From positions 1-35,361 of the forward strand of contig MRSU01009132.1 in assembly GCA_008369845.1 (NCBI GenBank): a stretch of 35,361 bases of DNA. The letters are read 5' to 3'. Under the pieces are notes generated by a model. It searched no databases and was not told the origin of the DNA. It saw nothing but the letters and a program-made list of their open reading frames with translations. Shown here in pieces: positions 1 to 10,036 of this stretch (position 1 is its first letter; the number at the start of each line of letters is the position of its first letter). The position numbers and the translations under genes are program-made. The stretch is from Trichomonas gallinae. Lineage: Eukaryota.

Positions 1-155
1 TTCTCGCAGTCATCAGCGAGAAGAACAAGGAGGGCCTTGCCCTTAAGGATAGCCTTGATTGTGCACTTGACACCCTTGGCAACATTGCCAGAGAGGTTGA
101 TCTGGTGGAGACCCTGCTCTATAACTTGGTTGTTTGTAGCTCCTTCCTCAGCCAT
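1..155 (-). CDS. RPS12: 40S ribosomal protein S12 (eS12, L7Ae/L30e/S12e family), 5' part; runs off the window start
   Basis: Not in the ORF track. Manual translation from ATG at 155: MAEEGATNNQVIEQGLHQINLSGNVAKGVKCTIKAILKGKALLVLLADDCE, matching the eS12 pattern L..G..E..KAL....A.L..LA..C. Highly biased codon usage; M5/M3 promoter upstream. Confidence 0.85.
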   Translation of the reverse strand, partial: MAEEGATNNQVIEQGLHQINLSGNVAKGVKCTIKAILKGKALLVLLADDCE

Positions 156-159
156 TTCG

Positions 160-178
160 AAAGGCCGACCAAACCGTT
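160..178 (-). promoter_or_regulatory. Trichomonas-type M3 + M5 core promoter
   Basis: Minus strand reads AACGGTTT (178-171; fits the M3 Myb-like consensus) then CCTTT (164-160; M5 alternative initiator) 4 nt before the ATG. M5 is typical of T. vaginalis ribosomal protein genes. Confidence 0.8.
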
Positions 179-384
179 TGTAAATCTTTCAAATCTATTT
201 TTACGCGTCAAAAAGTCAAAAATTGAAAAAAAATTATAATTTACATGTCAAAAAACTTCTCAAACTATAAAATATATCATTATACATAATTGGATCTTGC
301 TACATTAATTTTATGATCATAAAACGCTATTATTGGATTAATTAAAACAAATACAGTTAATATTTAAACAAATTTTATTATTTT

Positions 385-1182
385 TCAAAAAGGAAGTAAT
401 CCATTGAGAATATCAAAACATTTGAGGGACTTGCATCGAACTGACATCTGAAGAGGTGTTTCTCCTCTGTTATTTCGTAAATTTGGATTAGCATTTAGGG
501 CTAGGAGCTTTTTCAAAGATTCATTATAATCACGCATAACACAATAATGGAGTGGTCGTAAGCCTTCGTCATCTGGCTCATCAACATTTGCTCCTTTTTC
601 AACTAATAATTCAATTATTTCTGTGAAACCATTTGCGCATGCTCGATGAAGAGCTGTTGATTCGTAGCATGTTTTAGCATTAATATCAGCGTTTCTTTCT
701 AATAGTAATCTAACTGCATTTAAATTTCCATTTTCAGCCGCATGAATCAATGGGGTGTAACTATTCTCATCTTTGGATTCTATTAAGTTTGGATATTTTG
801 TAATTAATGAAACAGCAATCGAATCAAGATTGAATTTTGTCAAGTTTATGATTGCAACGGAAGGCTGTACTGTTTTATATATAAATGTAGTCATATTTTC
901 GATTGATTTTTGATTATTTGTAAGATTTTCTGATATTTGCTTCAAAAAATCTGCAATTTTCTGGAAAAACCCATACTCAATCGCTGAAAATATGTTAACT
1001 ATTGATTCCAATGATATATCGTTGAGATTTACAGCAGAAAAAATTTCTAAAAATTTCATTCCATTTTTTTCTTTGATTTCTTGGATTATTGATATGAGAT
1101 CTGTGCTGTAAATTTCCTTATTTCTCAGCTGCTCAACAAGTTCATCAACATTTTCGCTAAAACTTTGTTGTTCTTCGCACAT
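385..1182 (-). CDS. Ankyrin-repeat protein (about 4 C-terminal ANK repeats)
   Basis: Repeats TPLIHAAENGNLNAVRLLL, TALHRACANGFTEIIELLV, RPLHYCVMRDY, GETPLQMSV; N-terminal half helical and unassigned. Confidence 0.93.
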   Translation of the reverse strand: MCEEQQSFSENVDELVEQLRNKEIYSTDLISIIQEIKEKNGMKFLEIFSAVNLNDISLESIVNIFSAIEYGFFQKIADFLKQISENLTNNQKSIENMTTFIYKTVQPSVAIINLTKFNLDSIAVSLITKYPNLIESKDENSYTPLIHAAENGNLNAVRLLLERNADINAKTCYESTALHRACANGFTEIIELLVEKGANVDEPDDEGLRPLHYCVMRDYNESLKKLLALNANPNLRNNRGETPLQMSVRCKSLKCFDILNGLLPF

Positions 1183-1354
1183 TTATTTTTGCATGAAGGT
1201 AAAATTTTGTTTACATGACAGATTTAGATTCAGTTTTATATTTTACATGTCATATTAATGATTTTAAATTTTTTACATGTCAAAATATTATATCTAAAAA
1301 AAATAATTAAAAAACAAACACAAACAATTTATAATCGCATAATAAAAAATAAAA

Positions 1355-4300
1355 CTAAACAAAAAATGACATAGGATAATAATGAATTATCGAATCTGTT
1401 GTAGCCAAAACAACACATCTCTTTTCATTTGAGTATATCAAATCAATGATATCGCAGTCTATATCTTCAAGTTCCTTGAATGAAATAGAAAGCTCGCCTG
1501 CTACGAAAAACAAAACTTTTGAATTATGTTTCCCAAAAACCACGAAATCATATCCACCTAAACTAAAAGTGCACGCATTTTTAATATTAAACTTTGCTTT
1601 GATGGATGTGATTCGTTTCCCATTGGTAGTTAAAACTGATATAGAGTCATAAGCGAAAACAACTATGAAGCCGTAATCTTTCGTAATTATTATTTTTGTT
1701 ATTTGATCATCAGAAACTTTCGTTGCTAAAATTAATCTAGTGGATCTTAAATCATAGACAGACACATATCCATCATAAGTGGCTACTGCTATTATTCCGT
1801 GATCGCATGAAATGGCAAAATCAGCAATGCTATCTGAGAAAATGCGATGAATATATAATGGTGATGAGAAATTATAAAAATGGAAAATTTCAATGACTCC
1901 AGTCATTGTTGCAATGGCGACTAAATCTTTATCGCTATGGACAATATCTAAATCATTCATTTTTTCTGTCTTGCAAACATTATTGGAAATTATCGTAATC
2001 TCAAGTAATCCTTTGTTGATTGCAATAAAATTGCCTGAAACTTCAGCTGCATCATCAATAAATCCTTCTATTTTAATGATCTGGCCATCATTATATATTG
2101 AATCATGAGAAATATAAATAATTTTGTCATTGATATCAAAAATCTTGAAAAAGTTGTCAACTTCACATGCTATACACTTTTTCTCTGTTATAATGGATGA
2201 AAAATGATGTTGTGTAAGCCTATTCCAAACATCTTCGCTTAATAAATGATTTTGATGTTTTGAAGCATTTAAAACAAAACTTTGGGTCTGTTCACATGGA
2301 CTCATCAAATCTTTGACGAAGTTTAAAACTTCATCAATCTTCATTTCATTGATTTTGTCTCTCAAATTAAATGATTTTTTGAAATTATCAAAAATTTCAG
2401 GTGTGAATATCATTTTTGGATCAGCATCAAATGGAAACAAAACTTTTGTTGATGGATCATTGAAAGATCTGTTACTAAACATGTTTGATAAAATAATAAA
2501 TTGCAAATTTGATATTAAACCATTTTGAAAACGTTTCTCTAATCCAATCTTTTTCATATAGAGTTTTCCTGGTATATTTTGAAAGAAAATCAAATTAGGA
2601 ATGGAAATCATTGACAATTTCTGCATAATTTCTGTATTCTTGATTGGACTGAAATCAATCAACAAAGTTTGTCCAGAAACACTGAAAAACTCTATTTTTG
2701 TTTCATTTCTTATCAAAATATGTCTTATTTCCATAAATGGATAAACTTTTTTCTTTGTTTTGAAAAAAATAGTGAAATTTTTCTTTTGTAAATGGAACAT
2801 TCCTTCTATTTGACCTTTTTGTGTTATTTTCATGCATTTAACACTTCCCTGAGGAAATGAATTTTCAATATATTCAGGAATCATTTCAGATGCAATATTT
2901 TTGTTCGCTTTTACACGTTTCAATCTCATAGGATAGAATAAAGGCGTTGTTCTAAATGAAGAATCAATAATATAACTATCAAAATCTTTCCAAAACAATC
3001 TTGAATGGATGTGATCTCTGTTAATCAAACTCCATGTCTTCTCAAACTCCTTTAAATTATTTCTCGACTCCAATTCTAACTCTTCAAATCTTTTTGTATC
3101 AAAAACGAAATCTGCTTTTGGTTTTTGGGTAATTATGACTTTGAGCTCGTTTAGAGTGTTTATCAACTCGTTGTTTCGATTTGTTGTAATAAGGTTAATT
3201 TCCGATAAATTTGAATTCAAAAAGTGGAATATGTCACTTTTTGTTTCATTGTTAGAATTCGTATAATCAATGATTTTCGATTTGAAGTCCAATTTTTGGC
3301 TGAAAGTGTTCGAATACATAATGAATATATTGTTCAGCATGTCACCATCTGTGAACTTGTGGTGTATGTTGAATTTGCATGATATATCAGTAGTTTCGAG
3401 CTCCAAAAAGTCTTCGCAAGAAATTATTTTTTTCTGCAAAATTTTTTCTTCAAAAATATTTTTCTCGAATTCTTCAATCAGTTCTTCGCTAAACGAATTC
3501 GTCAAGTAGAGTGTGTCAAAGCAGCACTTTATTATGTTCTCGTCTTTGTGAATGCAAATTAAAGGCAGCAAAATCTGAGCTTTGTGCTTAATTAAATCAA
3601 CATTTGTTATTGTTTGTATGATATCGAACAAATCCAGACACTTATTGATCAAACTGATGTCTTTGTCTATGATATGGTAAATGAATCTTGTCAATTGAGG
3701 GCATTCGTAGTGTTTGAAGTTGCTGTAGAAAATAATCGGCCAAAGCATCCACCATTTCTGCTTTTTCAAATATGAAACAAATTCTTCATCTAAAATCGAT
3801 AAAATTGCATCTAATATTTCTTTTCTGTAGTCTTCATTGTCACTAATAAGCGCTGCCTGTAGACAGAGAAAGTAAATTTGAGGAATAGACTTCATTAATT
3901 CTACCGAAAGGAAATTAATTCTTTTCCAACATAATCTAAACAAGTTTTGATGGATTTCTTCTTCGGGAGAAATTGCGACGATTGCTCTTAAAACATATTC
4001 TATCAGCTCAGAGTTATTCTCTGCTATGTAATAAAGAGCTTTTAAAGAATTTACTGTTGGTTTGATTGATTTTGCAAACTCAATTCCTAAATACAAAAAT
4101 TGCTGAGATTGTTTCATGTCTTCGCATTGGGCTGCTGAGATAAAAATGAAGTCTAAATCATCAGGAGTAGCTATTTTGATGCAGTGTTCTATTAGTATCC
4201 TGTCTAATGATTCTCTGCATTTTTTAATATTTATTTTTGGATCTCTTGTTGTTAATGATATTATTTCTTTTTCCTTTCCTTCGAAATAAAAATATTTTCT

Positions 4301-7300
4301 TATTTTTGATATAGTTTTTTGTATGAAGTCTTTCTGTCTAAAGAACTCATACGTCTGGAACAAGTTATTAGCCCAGTGCTGGCAAATTCTCTGCAGATAT
4401 GGAGAGCGAATCCATAATTCGAAATTAAACAGCAAATTTTCGTAGAGAGAATCCAAATAATTGTTGTCACTACAACTCTCGGCGAACATGAAAAATCTCT
4501 GATATAAAGAATACGTGAGAACAGAAGGATCCTGTGTGTATAGAAAATTAGGAATGATTGGAAAAAACTTCCATATGACATAACCGTAAAAATGCTTCAT
4601 TATGTCGAGGAATAAAAATTGATACATTTGCGGCAGTTTGTCGAAATATCTCAAAACAGGTGCAATTATCTGTAGAGGGTAAATGTTCCTGAATACTTGA
4701 AATATAGAAGGCGACGAATTTATGCAACCATCAAACTTTTCGGCAAACTTTATATTATGTTGAGAGTTTTTGGGAAAAGAAAATAAAACTGGAGTTTTTG
4801 TGTCAATATCCATCATTTCACTCGAACATAGATTTCTATGCGTATATTTCGGTAGCAAAGATCCATATAATGTTGTTGGACCCAGCATGAAAGTTGAAAG
4901 CAAATCAATTCTATCACCAAAATTTCTAAACGAATTTCCAATCCTAAAAGTCAAATTTCCTTGTCTGTCATCTTCCCAAGCAATCGAATTCTCAAAGCTC
5001 TGGTTCTGGTTTATGAAAATAGAAATGTCCAGCATCTTTTGGTTAACACACAAAGACAATGAAATAAAGTTCCAACTATTCACAGTCAATTCTTTTGTCA
5101 GCAACAAAACTGTTAATCGACTTTTTTGATTCACTTTCGCCATAATAGAATTTTCCTCGATCCAGACATGCAGGAAGATGTCTTTGCCTAGAAACACCCT
5201 AAAAATATCTGCCTTGAAGTTGTTTTTCAACTGCAAATCTCCGTCAAAAAACAGCCAAAAACTCAAAGTCGACCCGCTGACGAATTCTTGAAACTTCACA
5301 TCATTTATCACTAAATACTCGGCATTATCAGCAATAGGCAAAAAGAAAGAAGGCTCATCCTGTATTTTCGTGATTTTTGGGATGATAACTGTTGCGAATT
5401 CTTGGCCAAGTTCTGAGATTTTCATTGAATCATCTGGACAAATAATATTCATGATTTTTTCTGCAACGCATAAATTTGATTTCGTCGACATCAGCAAGCA
5501 AAGAAAAGGAATTACTTTGAATAACTCGTTTTTCTCTTTAAAATTCACTATAGAAAAACTCCTAAAAATAAAATCGTTAGGAAAGTTGATGAACAAATTT
5601 AGAATCAAAATGTCCAATCCTGTCTCTTGTATCTTCAGTTTGTTGTAGTATGAATAATCGCACAATCTAGTTAAATAATATAAATATTCGTGGATTTTGT
5701 TGAAATGACTGAAAATGCTGAAAATCATCAATATTATATTCGGTCTTTTTATCAAAAAGCCTGGATTCCCTTGATAAGAAGTGTATCCAGACAACAGTAT
5801 CAATGATCTCTGCTTGATCGCGTCTGTTTCAGCACTTGGTCCTATTTTTATAATCATTTGTGTCAAATTGTGAATCATGTCGTTATTCATCGAATAATCA
5901 GTAGATGACAAGACAGAGCTTAAAAGTGACAAACATGTCAGCAAATTTCTTGCTGTATTCATTCTTTGCACGAATTTCACGATGCTTTCGAGTAGACACA
6001 CGCATTTGGCTGCTAATGAATTGTTTAGACTGACTGTGTCAGCGAGAATTCCGATGATTTCAACGCCAGCTTCGTTTGAATAATTATTGTTAGCTATAGT
6101 TAAGGAATTCGATATAAATTGAATGACAAAGTTTTCGTCTGTTTGCGAATTCAAAAGATATCTGATTTTTGGCAAAAACAAGAGTCTGAAGTCAGAAGAT
6201 ACAGCTGTCGCAAATACGCATATGTCAACAAAGAATTTGGAATTGATGCATTCGTGAAATTGCTCAAAAAGTTTGAAAATGTAGAAAAACGTTGATGATC
6301 TGGCGAGATTTAGTGCTTTTACGTGTTCTTGGTTTGTAAGCTTGTGTATTAATGATTCTATGTATTTGCAACTGAATAGAATTGCTTCCAGCAAAATATT
6401 CGATATTAAAACAGATTTGTCGAATTTTTCTATGAAATTTGATAGAAATAACAATATTTCAGAGAGAACTAGTGGTGCCCCGAGCATTTGTTTGATAAAA
6501 ATAGCAAAATATTCTGAATTTGAATGAAAAATTGAAATTATTGCTTGATTTCTAATAAAAAGCGTGAAATCATCGTGAACACAATTAAATATTGAAACTG
6601 TTTTGTCGAATATTTCGTCGCATGTAATATAACGGAATAATTCATCAGTTAATTCGATATTAAAAATTTCAATCAAGAAAAGAAAAGCGATATACTTCTC
6701 TGGGTTCGTTTGGCCGATCATGCATGAGTTGATTGTTGCTATTATAGAGTTTTTGTAGAAATTTTGGATTTTTTGAGCAGATTTTTTCAATTCTAATGGA
6801 GAAAAGGTTTTATCTGTGAATAATATGCTTGTAAATGTGAAGTTTGATTTTGAATTCAGCTTTTCGAACTCTATTGCATGATTTTCCATTGAAGTATCTT
6901 GTTTTTGTTTAATATCTTGATTTAGTTCGCTAAAATCAGTGGATGGAAGAAATTTGTATTTATTTCCTGTTAGTTTGAAAACATTCTGAACGAATTTGTT
7001 CAAATAAACTTCAATTTCGATCGATTGACAATAAGTTGCTAATTTAAACAATAAAACTATTATGCTTTCATTAAATCCGTCGAGAACAAGACCTATTGCA
7101 TCAACCAAGTCTGTGTAATCGAATTTAATATGATTCGAACCTAAACAATTTATTATTTCTACTAAAATTGATGAAATATGATTGACGAATTCTGTGTTAC
7201 CCTTCTCAACGCAGTATTTCATGATCGAAGACAGCTGAGCGAAAGCTTTCTCGCTGCTTCTTAATGAAATGTTGCAAAATTGAAGAAACGTGAGGAAGCA

Positions 7301-7771
7301 TTTGGATGTCATTTCTGGGTATGAATACTCTATTACGTTGTAAATGATTGAGTTGTAGATAAAATGGATCATTTTTTCGCCCAATTTCGCATTGAAATAC
7401 GTCAAAAATAAAGTAAATTGCATAATAATGTCAGAGTTAACTGGTCTTTCGCTTAATAAAGATAATCCTAATGAGAAATATGATGTAAATAATAGAATAA
7501 TTTTATCATTAAAGATAACTCTTTTTCTAAGTGTCAATAGTTGTTTTAATGCATCCTCAGTGATTTCAAACTGTGTGTTAATGAATTCGAGTGATGAATT
7601 AATGTTTTTTGTTTGAGAAAAATTAGATAGAATTTTTTCCTGCGTTTCCGGATCTAAAACAGGTATATTCTGTTTCTCGATATACATCTTAATATCCTCG
7701 TTTTCTTCATCATCCCTTATTCCACGGCCCAAATAAAAGATTAACTCCGAAAAACATGATTCCGGAAACAT
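1355..7771 (-). CDS. Beige/neurobeachin-like protein (ARM-like, ConA/LamG-like, DUF4704-like, PH, degenerate BEACH, WD40)
   Basis: Track ORF starts at TTG 7897; first ATG is 7771 (MFPESC), preceded by Inr TCATT. Motifs TLSFWL/WNFISL (ConA-like), LLFNFELWIRS (DUF4704-like), VKCMKIT...G.F.L (PH), GLISNLQFIILSNMFSNRSFND (BEACH start), and C-terminal WD40-like repeats. Confidence 0.85.
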   Translation of the reverse strand: MFPESCFSELIFYLGRGIRDDEENEDIKMYIEKQNIPVLDPETQEKILSNFSQTKNINSSLEFINTQFEITEDALKQLLTLRKRVIFNDKIILLFTSYFSLGLSLLSERPVNSDIIMQFTLFLTYFNAKLGEKMIHFIYNSIIYNVIEYSYPEMTSKCFLTFLQFCNISLRSSEKAFAQLSSIMKYCVEKGNTEFVNHISSILVEIINCLGSNHIKFDYTDLVDAIGLVLDGFNESIIVLLFKLATYCQSIEIEVYLNKFVQNVFKLTGNKYKFLPSTDFSELNQDIKQKQDTSMENHAIEFEKLNSKSNFTFTSILFTDKTFSPLELKKSAQKIQNFYKNSIIATINSCMIGQTNPEKYIAFLFLIEIFNIELTDELFRYITCDEIFDKTVSIFNCVHDDFTLFIRNQAIISIFHSNSEYFAIFIKQMLGAPLVLSEILLFLSNFIEKFDKSVLISNILLEAILFSCKYIESLIHKLTNQEHVKALNLARSSTFFYIFKLFEQFHECINSKFFVDICVFATAVSSDFRLLFLPKIRYLLNSQTDENFVIQFISNSLTIANNNYSNEAGVEIIGILADTVSLNNSLAAKCVCLLESIVKFVQRMNTARNLLTCLSLLSSVLSSTDYSMNNDMIHNLTQMIIKIGPSAETDAIKQRSLILLSGYTSYQGNPGFLIKRPNIILMIFSIFSHFNKIHEYLYYLTRLCDYSYYNKLKIQETGLDILILNLFINFPNDFIFRSFSIVNFKEKNELFKVIPFLCLLMSTKSNLCVAEKIMNIICPDDSMKISELGQEFATVIIPKITKIQDEPSFFLPIADNAEYLVINDVKFQEFVSGSTLSFWLFFDGDLQLKNNFKADIFRVFLGKDIFLHVWIEENSIMAKVNQKSRLTVLLLTKELTVNSWNFISLSLCVNQKMLDISIFINQNQSFENSIAWEDDRQGNLTFRIGNSFRNFGDRIDLLSTFMLGPTTLYGSLLPKYTHRNLCSSEMMDIDTKTPVLFSFPKNSQHNIKFAEKFDGCINSSPSIFQVFRNIYPLQIIAPVLRYFDKLPQMYQFLFLDIMKHFYGYVIWKFFPIIPNFLYTQDPSVLTYSLYQRFFMFAESCSDNNYLDSLYENLLFNFELWIRSPYLQRICQHWANNLFQTYEFFRQKDFIQKTISKIRKYFYFEGKEKEIISLTTRDPKINIKKCRESLDRILIEHCIKIATPDDLDFIFISAAQCEDMKQSQQFLYLGIEFAKSIKPTVNSLKALYYIAENNSELIEYVLRAIVAISPEEEIHQNLFRLCWKRINFLSVELMKSIPQIYFLCLQAALISDNEDYRKEILDAILSILDEEFVSYLKKQKWWMLWPIIFYSNFKHYECPQLTRFIYHIIDKDISLINKCLDLFDIIQTITNVDLIKHKAQILLPLICIHKDENIIKCCFDTLYLTNSFSEELIEEFEKNIFEEKILQKKIISCEDFLELETTDISCKFNIHHKFTDGDMLNNIFIMYSNTFSQKLDFKSKIIDYTNSNNETKSDIFHFLNSNLSEINLITTNRNNELINTLNELKVIITQKPKADFVFDTKRFEELELESRNNLKEFEKTWSLINRDHIHSRLFWKDFDSYIIDSSFRTTPLFYPMRLKRVKANKNIASEMIPEYIENSFPQGSVKCMKITQKGQIEGMFHLQKKNFTIFFKTKKKVYPFMEIRHILIRNETKIEFFSVSGQTLLIDFSPIKNTEIMQKLSMISIPNLIFFQNIPGKLYMKKIGLEKRFQNGLISNLQFIILSNMFSNRSFNDPSTKVLFPFDADPKMIFTPEIFDNFKKSFNLRDKINEMKIDEVLNFVKDLMSPCEQTQSFVLNASKHQNHLLSEDVWNRLTQHHFSSIITEKKCIACEVDNFFKIFDINDKIIYISHDSIYNDGQIIKIEGFIDDAAEVSGNFIAINKGLLEITIISNNVCKTEKMNDLDIVHSDKDLVAIATMTGVIEIFHFYNFSSPLYIHRIFSDSIADFAISCDHGIIAVATYDGYVSVYDLRSTRLILATKVSDDQITKIIITKDYGFIVVFAYDSISVLTTNGKRITSIKAKFNIKNACTFSLGGYDFVVFGKHNSKVLFFVAGELSISFKELEDIDCDIIDLIYSNEKRCVVLATTDSIIHYYPMSFFV

Positions 7772-7957
7772 TGAAAAAAATTGATAAAAAATGATGATGT
7801 CGTATTTCGAACCTGAGACTTTTGTAAATTTTCTGATTTTTAAAATAAAAATAACAATGTAACAGCAATATTTGCATGTTTTATGTCCAATTTTCAAAAA
7901 TGTGAGTGGATTTCTTCGAATTCGATCATCAATAAAGCTGAGTTCTTCTTGTGACCG

Positions 7958-8349
7958 AATTTCTCTTTCTACACAGTGCTGATGTGTGTTGGAAATGCTT
8001 CTTATGCATGTTATGAAAATCCATCATCTCATCGAATAAATTTCACATCAATCATTGGAATAACACAACTGACGAGCAATGTGTAATGTTTCATCAATCC
8101 AAAAGTCAATATGTTTATTGCTGCAATGTTATTAATAACAGCGAAAAAGCTGATAAGTGGGGAATTGTTCTGAAAAATGACTGTTATCCTCATAATATCA
8201 GTTCCTGTGTTTTTCCTTCAAATTCTGGTTCGTCTTTGTTCTCTAATAATATAGGAGAGAGAAATGTTTTTCTTGATAATGATAATAATGTAACTAACAC
8301 AGAATCATGTAATGTTAAATTCCATGGAATCCTTATATTCATTATTTGA
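7958..8349 (+). pseudogene. Frameshifted relic of an Asn/Cys-rich, beta-helix-like hypothetical protein
   Basis: One frame reads NFSFYTVLMCVGNASYACYENPSSHRINFTSIIG, then shifts near 8058 into NNTTDEQCVMFHQSKSQYVYCCNVINN...NISSCVFPSN. The periodic hydrophobic-x-x-C/T-N/F-x-x-N pattern resembles right-handed beta-helix coils. Confidence 0.4.
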
Positions 8350-8614
8350 GTTCACCAACTGTTCTGATTAAAATAAAACAATTCATTTACACTTTTCCTG
8401 CAAATTTATGATTGTATAATATATCATATTAAATAAAATCGAATGAAATAATTATAGAAAATTAGATAATTACTAAAATGATGAATGAATTCATTATCAG
8501 TGTTTAGATAATGATCTTAATATGTATTATACAATATTTTAGCAATATTAGAATTAAGAAAAAATTAGATTAAATACAAAACAGTTTTATTATAACAAAA
8601 TACATACAATATAT

Positions 8615-10036
8615 CTATGTAGTCTTCGTTGGAAGAGTTCCGACAAGTTCCAAGCCTGTCTGTTTAGAGAGCTCCTTCCAGAAAGATAATTTGTCCTTTC
8701 GCGGAGTAATTTCAGGTGGGATTGGAAGCATTTTGATCTGAGGAGCAGCGTTGTTGATTGATATAAGAGCTTGCTTTGCTGCAAGTCGAGCTTCTTCGGA
8801 CCAATGATTTGCCATCATTTCTTCGGCTGTCAAATACAGCCTCCGGACGTAGCTGGAATAACTCTGGAGGAACTCAAAGATGAATGTGACATTGCATGAG
8901 ATTGTTAGAGCAGAAACACAAACTTTGTGGTTGTCACTTCTCGCAGATTCGAGAATTCGTGTAAACATCGGAACAATGTATGCTGTGATCTTGGACGGTC
9001 CTGCAATTGTGACAATAGTAGAGAAATGATGAAGATAGCAAACTATGTTTGACGAACATGTAACTGGCCAGCAACGGAGCATTTTTGATATTGAAATTTC
9101 TGCTAGTGACTCATTCTTTGAGTATGCGTATGAAAGGACGCGATTGAGCGCGGAATAATATTTGTAAGCGAAATTGTGTAATAAAAGTGGAATAAATTGG
9201 TTGATAGCGATACCATTGGTCTTGTCATCCCAGTCAACCTGGTTTGATCTGAAATAAAGGTCCAGGAATTTGAGGACAGATTGAATTCCATAAAATGAAT
9301 GCACATCATCCAGAAAATTCTGCATGATAGTGATGGAGGCTGTCATAAAATGAACGGTGACGTCTGACCAAGACTTGAAAATAGACAGAACAATAGATTC
9401 GATAATCGCAACTTCCCTTGGATCAGGTGAAAGCAGGTTAAAAAACAGGCTCTCTGCGTTCTTCTTCATCAGCCAGTCGATTGTGGCCTTTGGAAAAGCG
9501 TTGTTGATTAAAACTTGAAGAAGCGCATAAACATTTTTCATGTCACGCCATGTGTCCAACGATTTTACGTATGGATCATCATTGTATTCGTCTAAGTACG
9601 TCATGTCATCGTGGGCGCGAAAGATAATTCCGCCAATTGCGTTATATAAATGTAAAGTTGTTTCTTCGGAGATACACATGTATGAATCTGCGGATCTTGC
9701 TTCCAAAGCGAAAGCTGATACAACCCTTAAATCAGAGCGTAAAGTTAGGATCCTATTCGTTAAATCTTTATTGATTTGGCCTGGCATCGCGTTTTGTGCA
9801 GAAAAGTAGTTGCTTGATACTGATCTTTCTCCATTCGTATTTAAAGAAGGCAAAAGTTGAGTTGTTGATCTAGGATTTTGGAAAACTCCGGATCCAGTGA
9901 TTTTCGTTGTTGGTCTTGCTGTTCCCGTGTGTAAACCCAGTATACTGGATATTGAGCGACCCCTGTTGCCTATAACAGGACGAACTGAGGCGCTCAAAGG
10001 CGTTCGATTCATAAAAAAATTTAAAAACTTGGTCAT
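8615..10036 (-). CDS. Divergent PP2A regulatory subunit B56 (B') family
   Basis: DDPYV...W..MKNVY, LLSPDPRE, LRCWPVTCSS, ARSDNHKV, NHWSEE correspond to B56 motifs (DEP..AWPHL..VY, SEDPRE, LKYWP.TNS, S.HFQV, HWN). Alternative start at ATG 10012. Confidence 0.88.
   Translation of the reverse strand: MTKFLNFFMNRTPLSASVRPVIGNRGRSISSILGLHTGTARPTTKITGSGVFQNPRSTTQLLPSLNTNGERSVSSNYFSAQNAMPGQINKDLTNRILTLRSDLRVVSAFALEARSADSYMCISEETTLHLYNAIGGIIFRAHDDMTYLDEYNDDPYVKSLDTWRDMKNVYALLQVLINNAFPKATIDWLMKKNAESLFFNLLSPDPREVAIIESIVLSIFKSWSDVTVHFMTASITIMQNFLDDVHSFYGIQSVLKFLDLYFRSNQVDWDDKTNGIAINQFIPLLLHNFAYKYYSALNRVLSYAYSKNESLAEISISKMLRCWPVTCSSNIVCYLHHFSTIVTIAGPSKITAYIVPMFTRILESARSDNHKVCVSALTISCNVTFIFEFLQSYSSYVRRLYLTAEEMMANHWSEEARLAAKQALISINNAAPQIKMLPIPPEITPRKDKLSFWKELSKQTGLELVGTLPTKTT

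Noticed and set aside
1446..7616. Many short ORFs overlapping the BEACH gene (and similar ones within other genes)
   Set aside because: Antisense or alternate-frame shadows of long genes, often with non-ATG starts and no recognisable motifs.
7772..7897. TTG/GTG-initiated N-terminal extensions in the ORF track (also 14289-14306, 30144-30179)
   Set aside because: Eukaryotic genes; the first ATG follows an Inr or T-rich leader, so the extensions are UTR/promoter.
8290..8302. ACTAACACAG resembling the trichomonad intron branch/3' motif ACTAACACACAG
   Set aside because: Two nt short of the consensus and no matching GTAYGT 5' site upstream.
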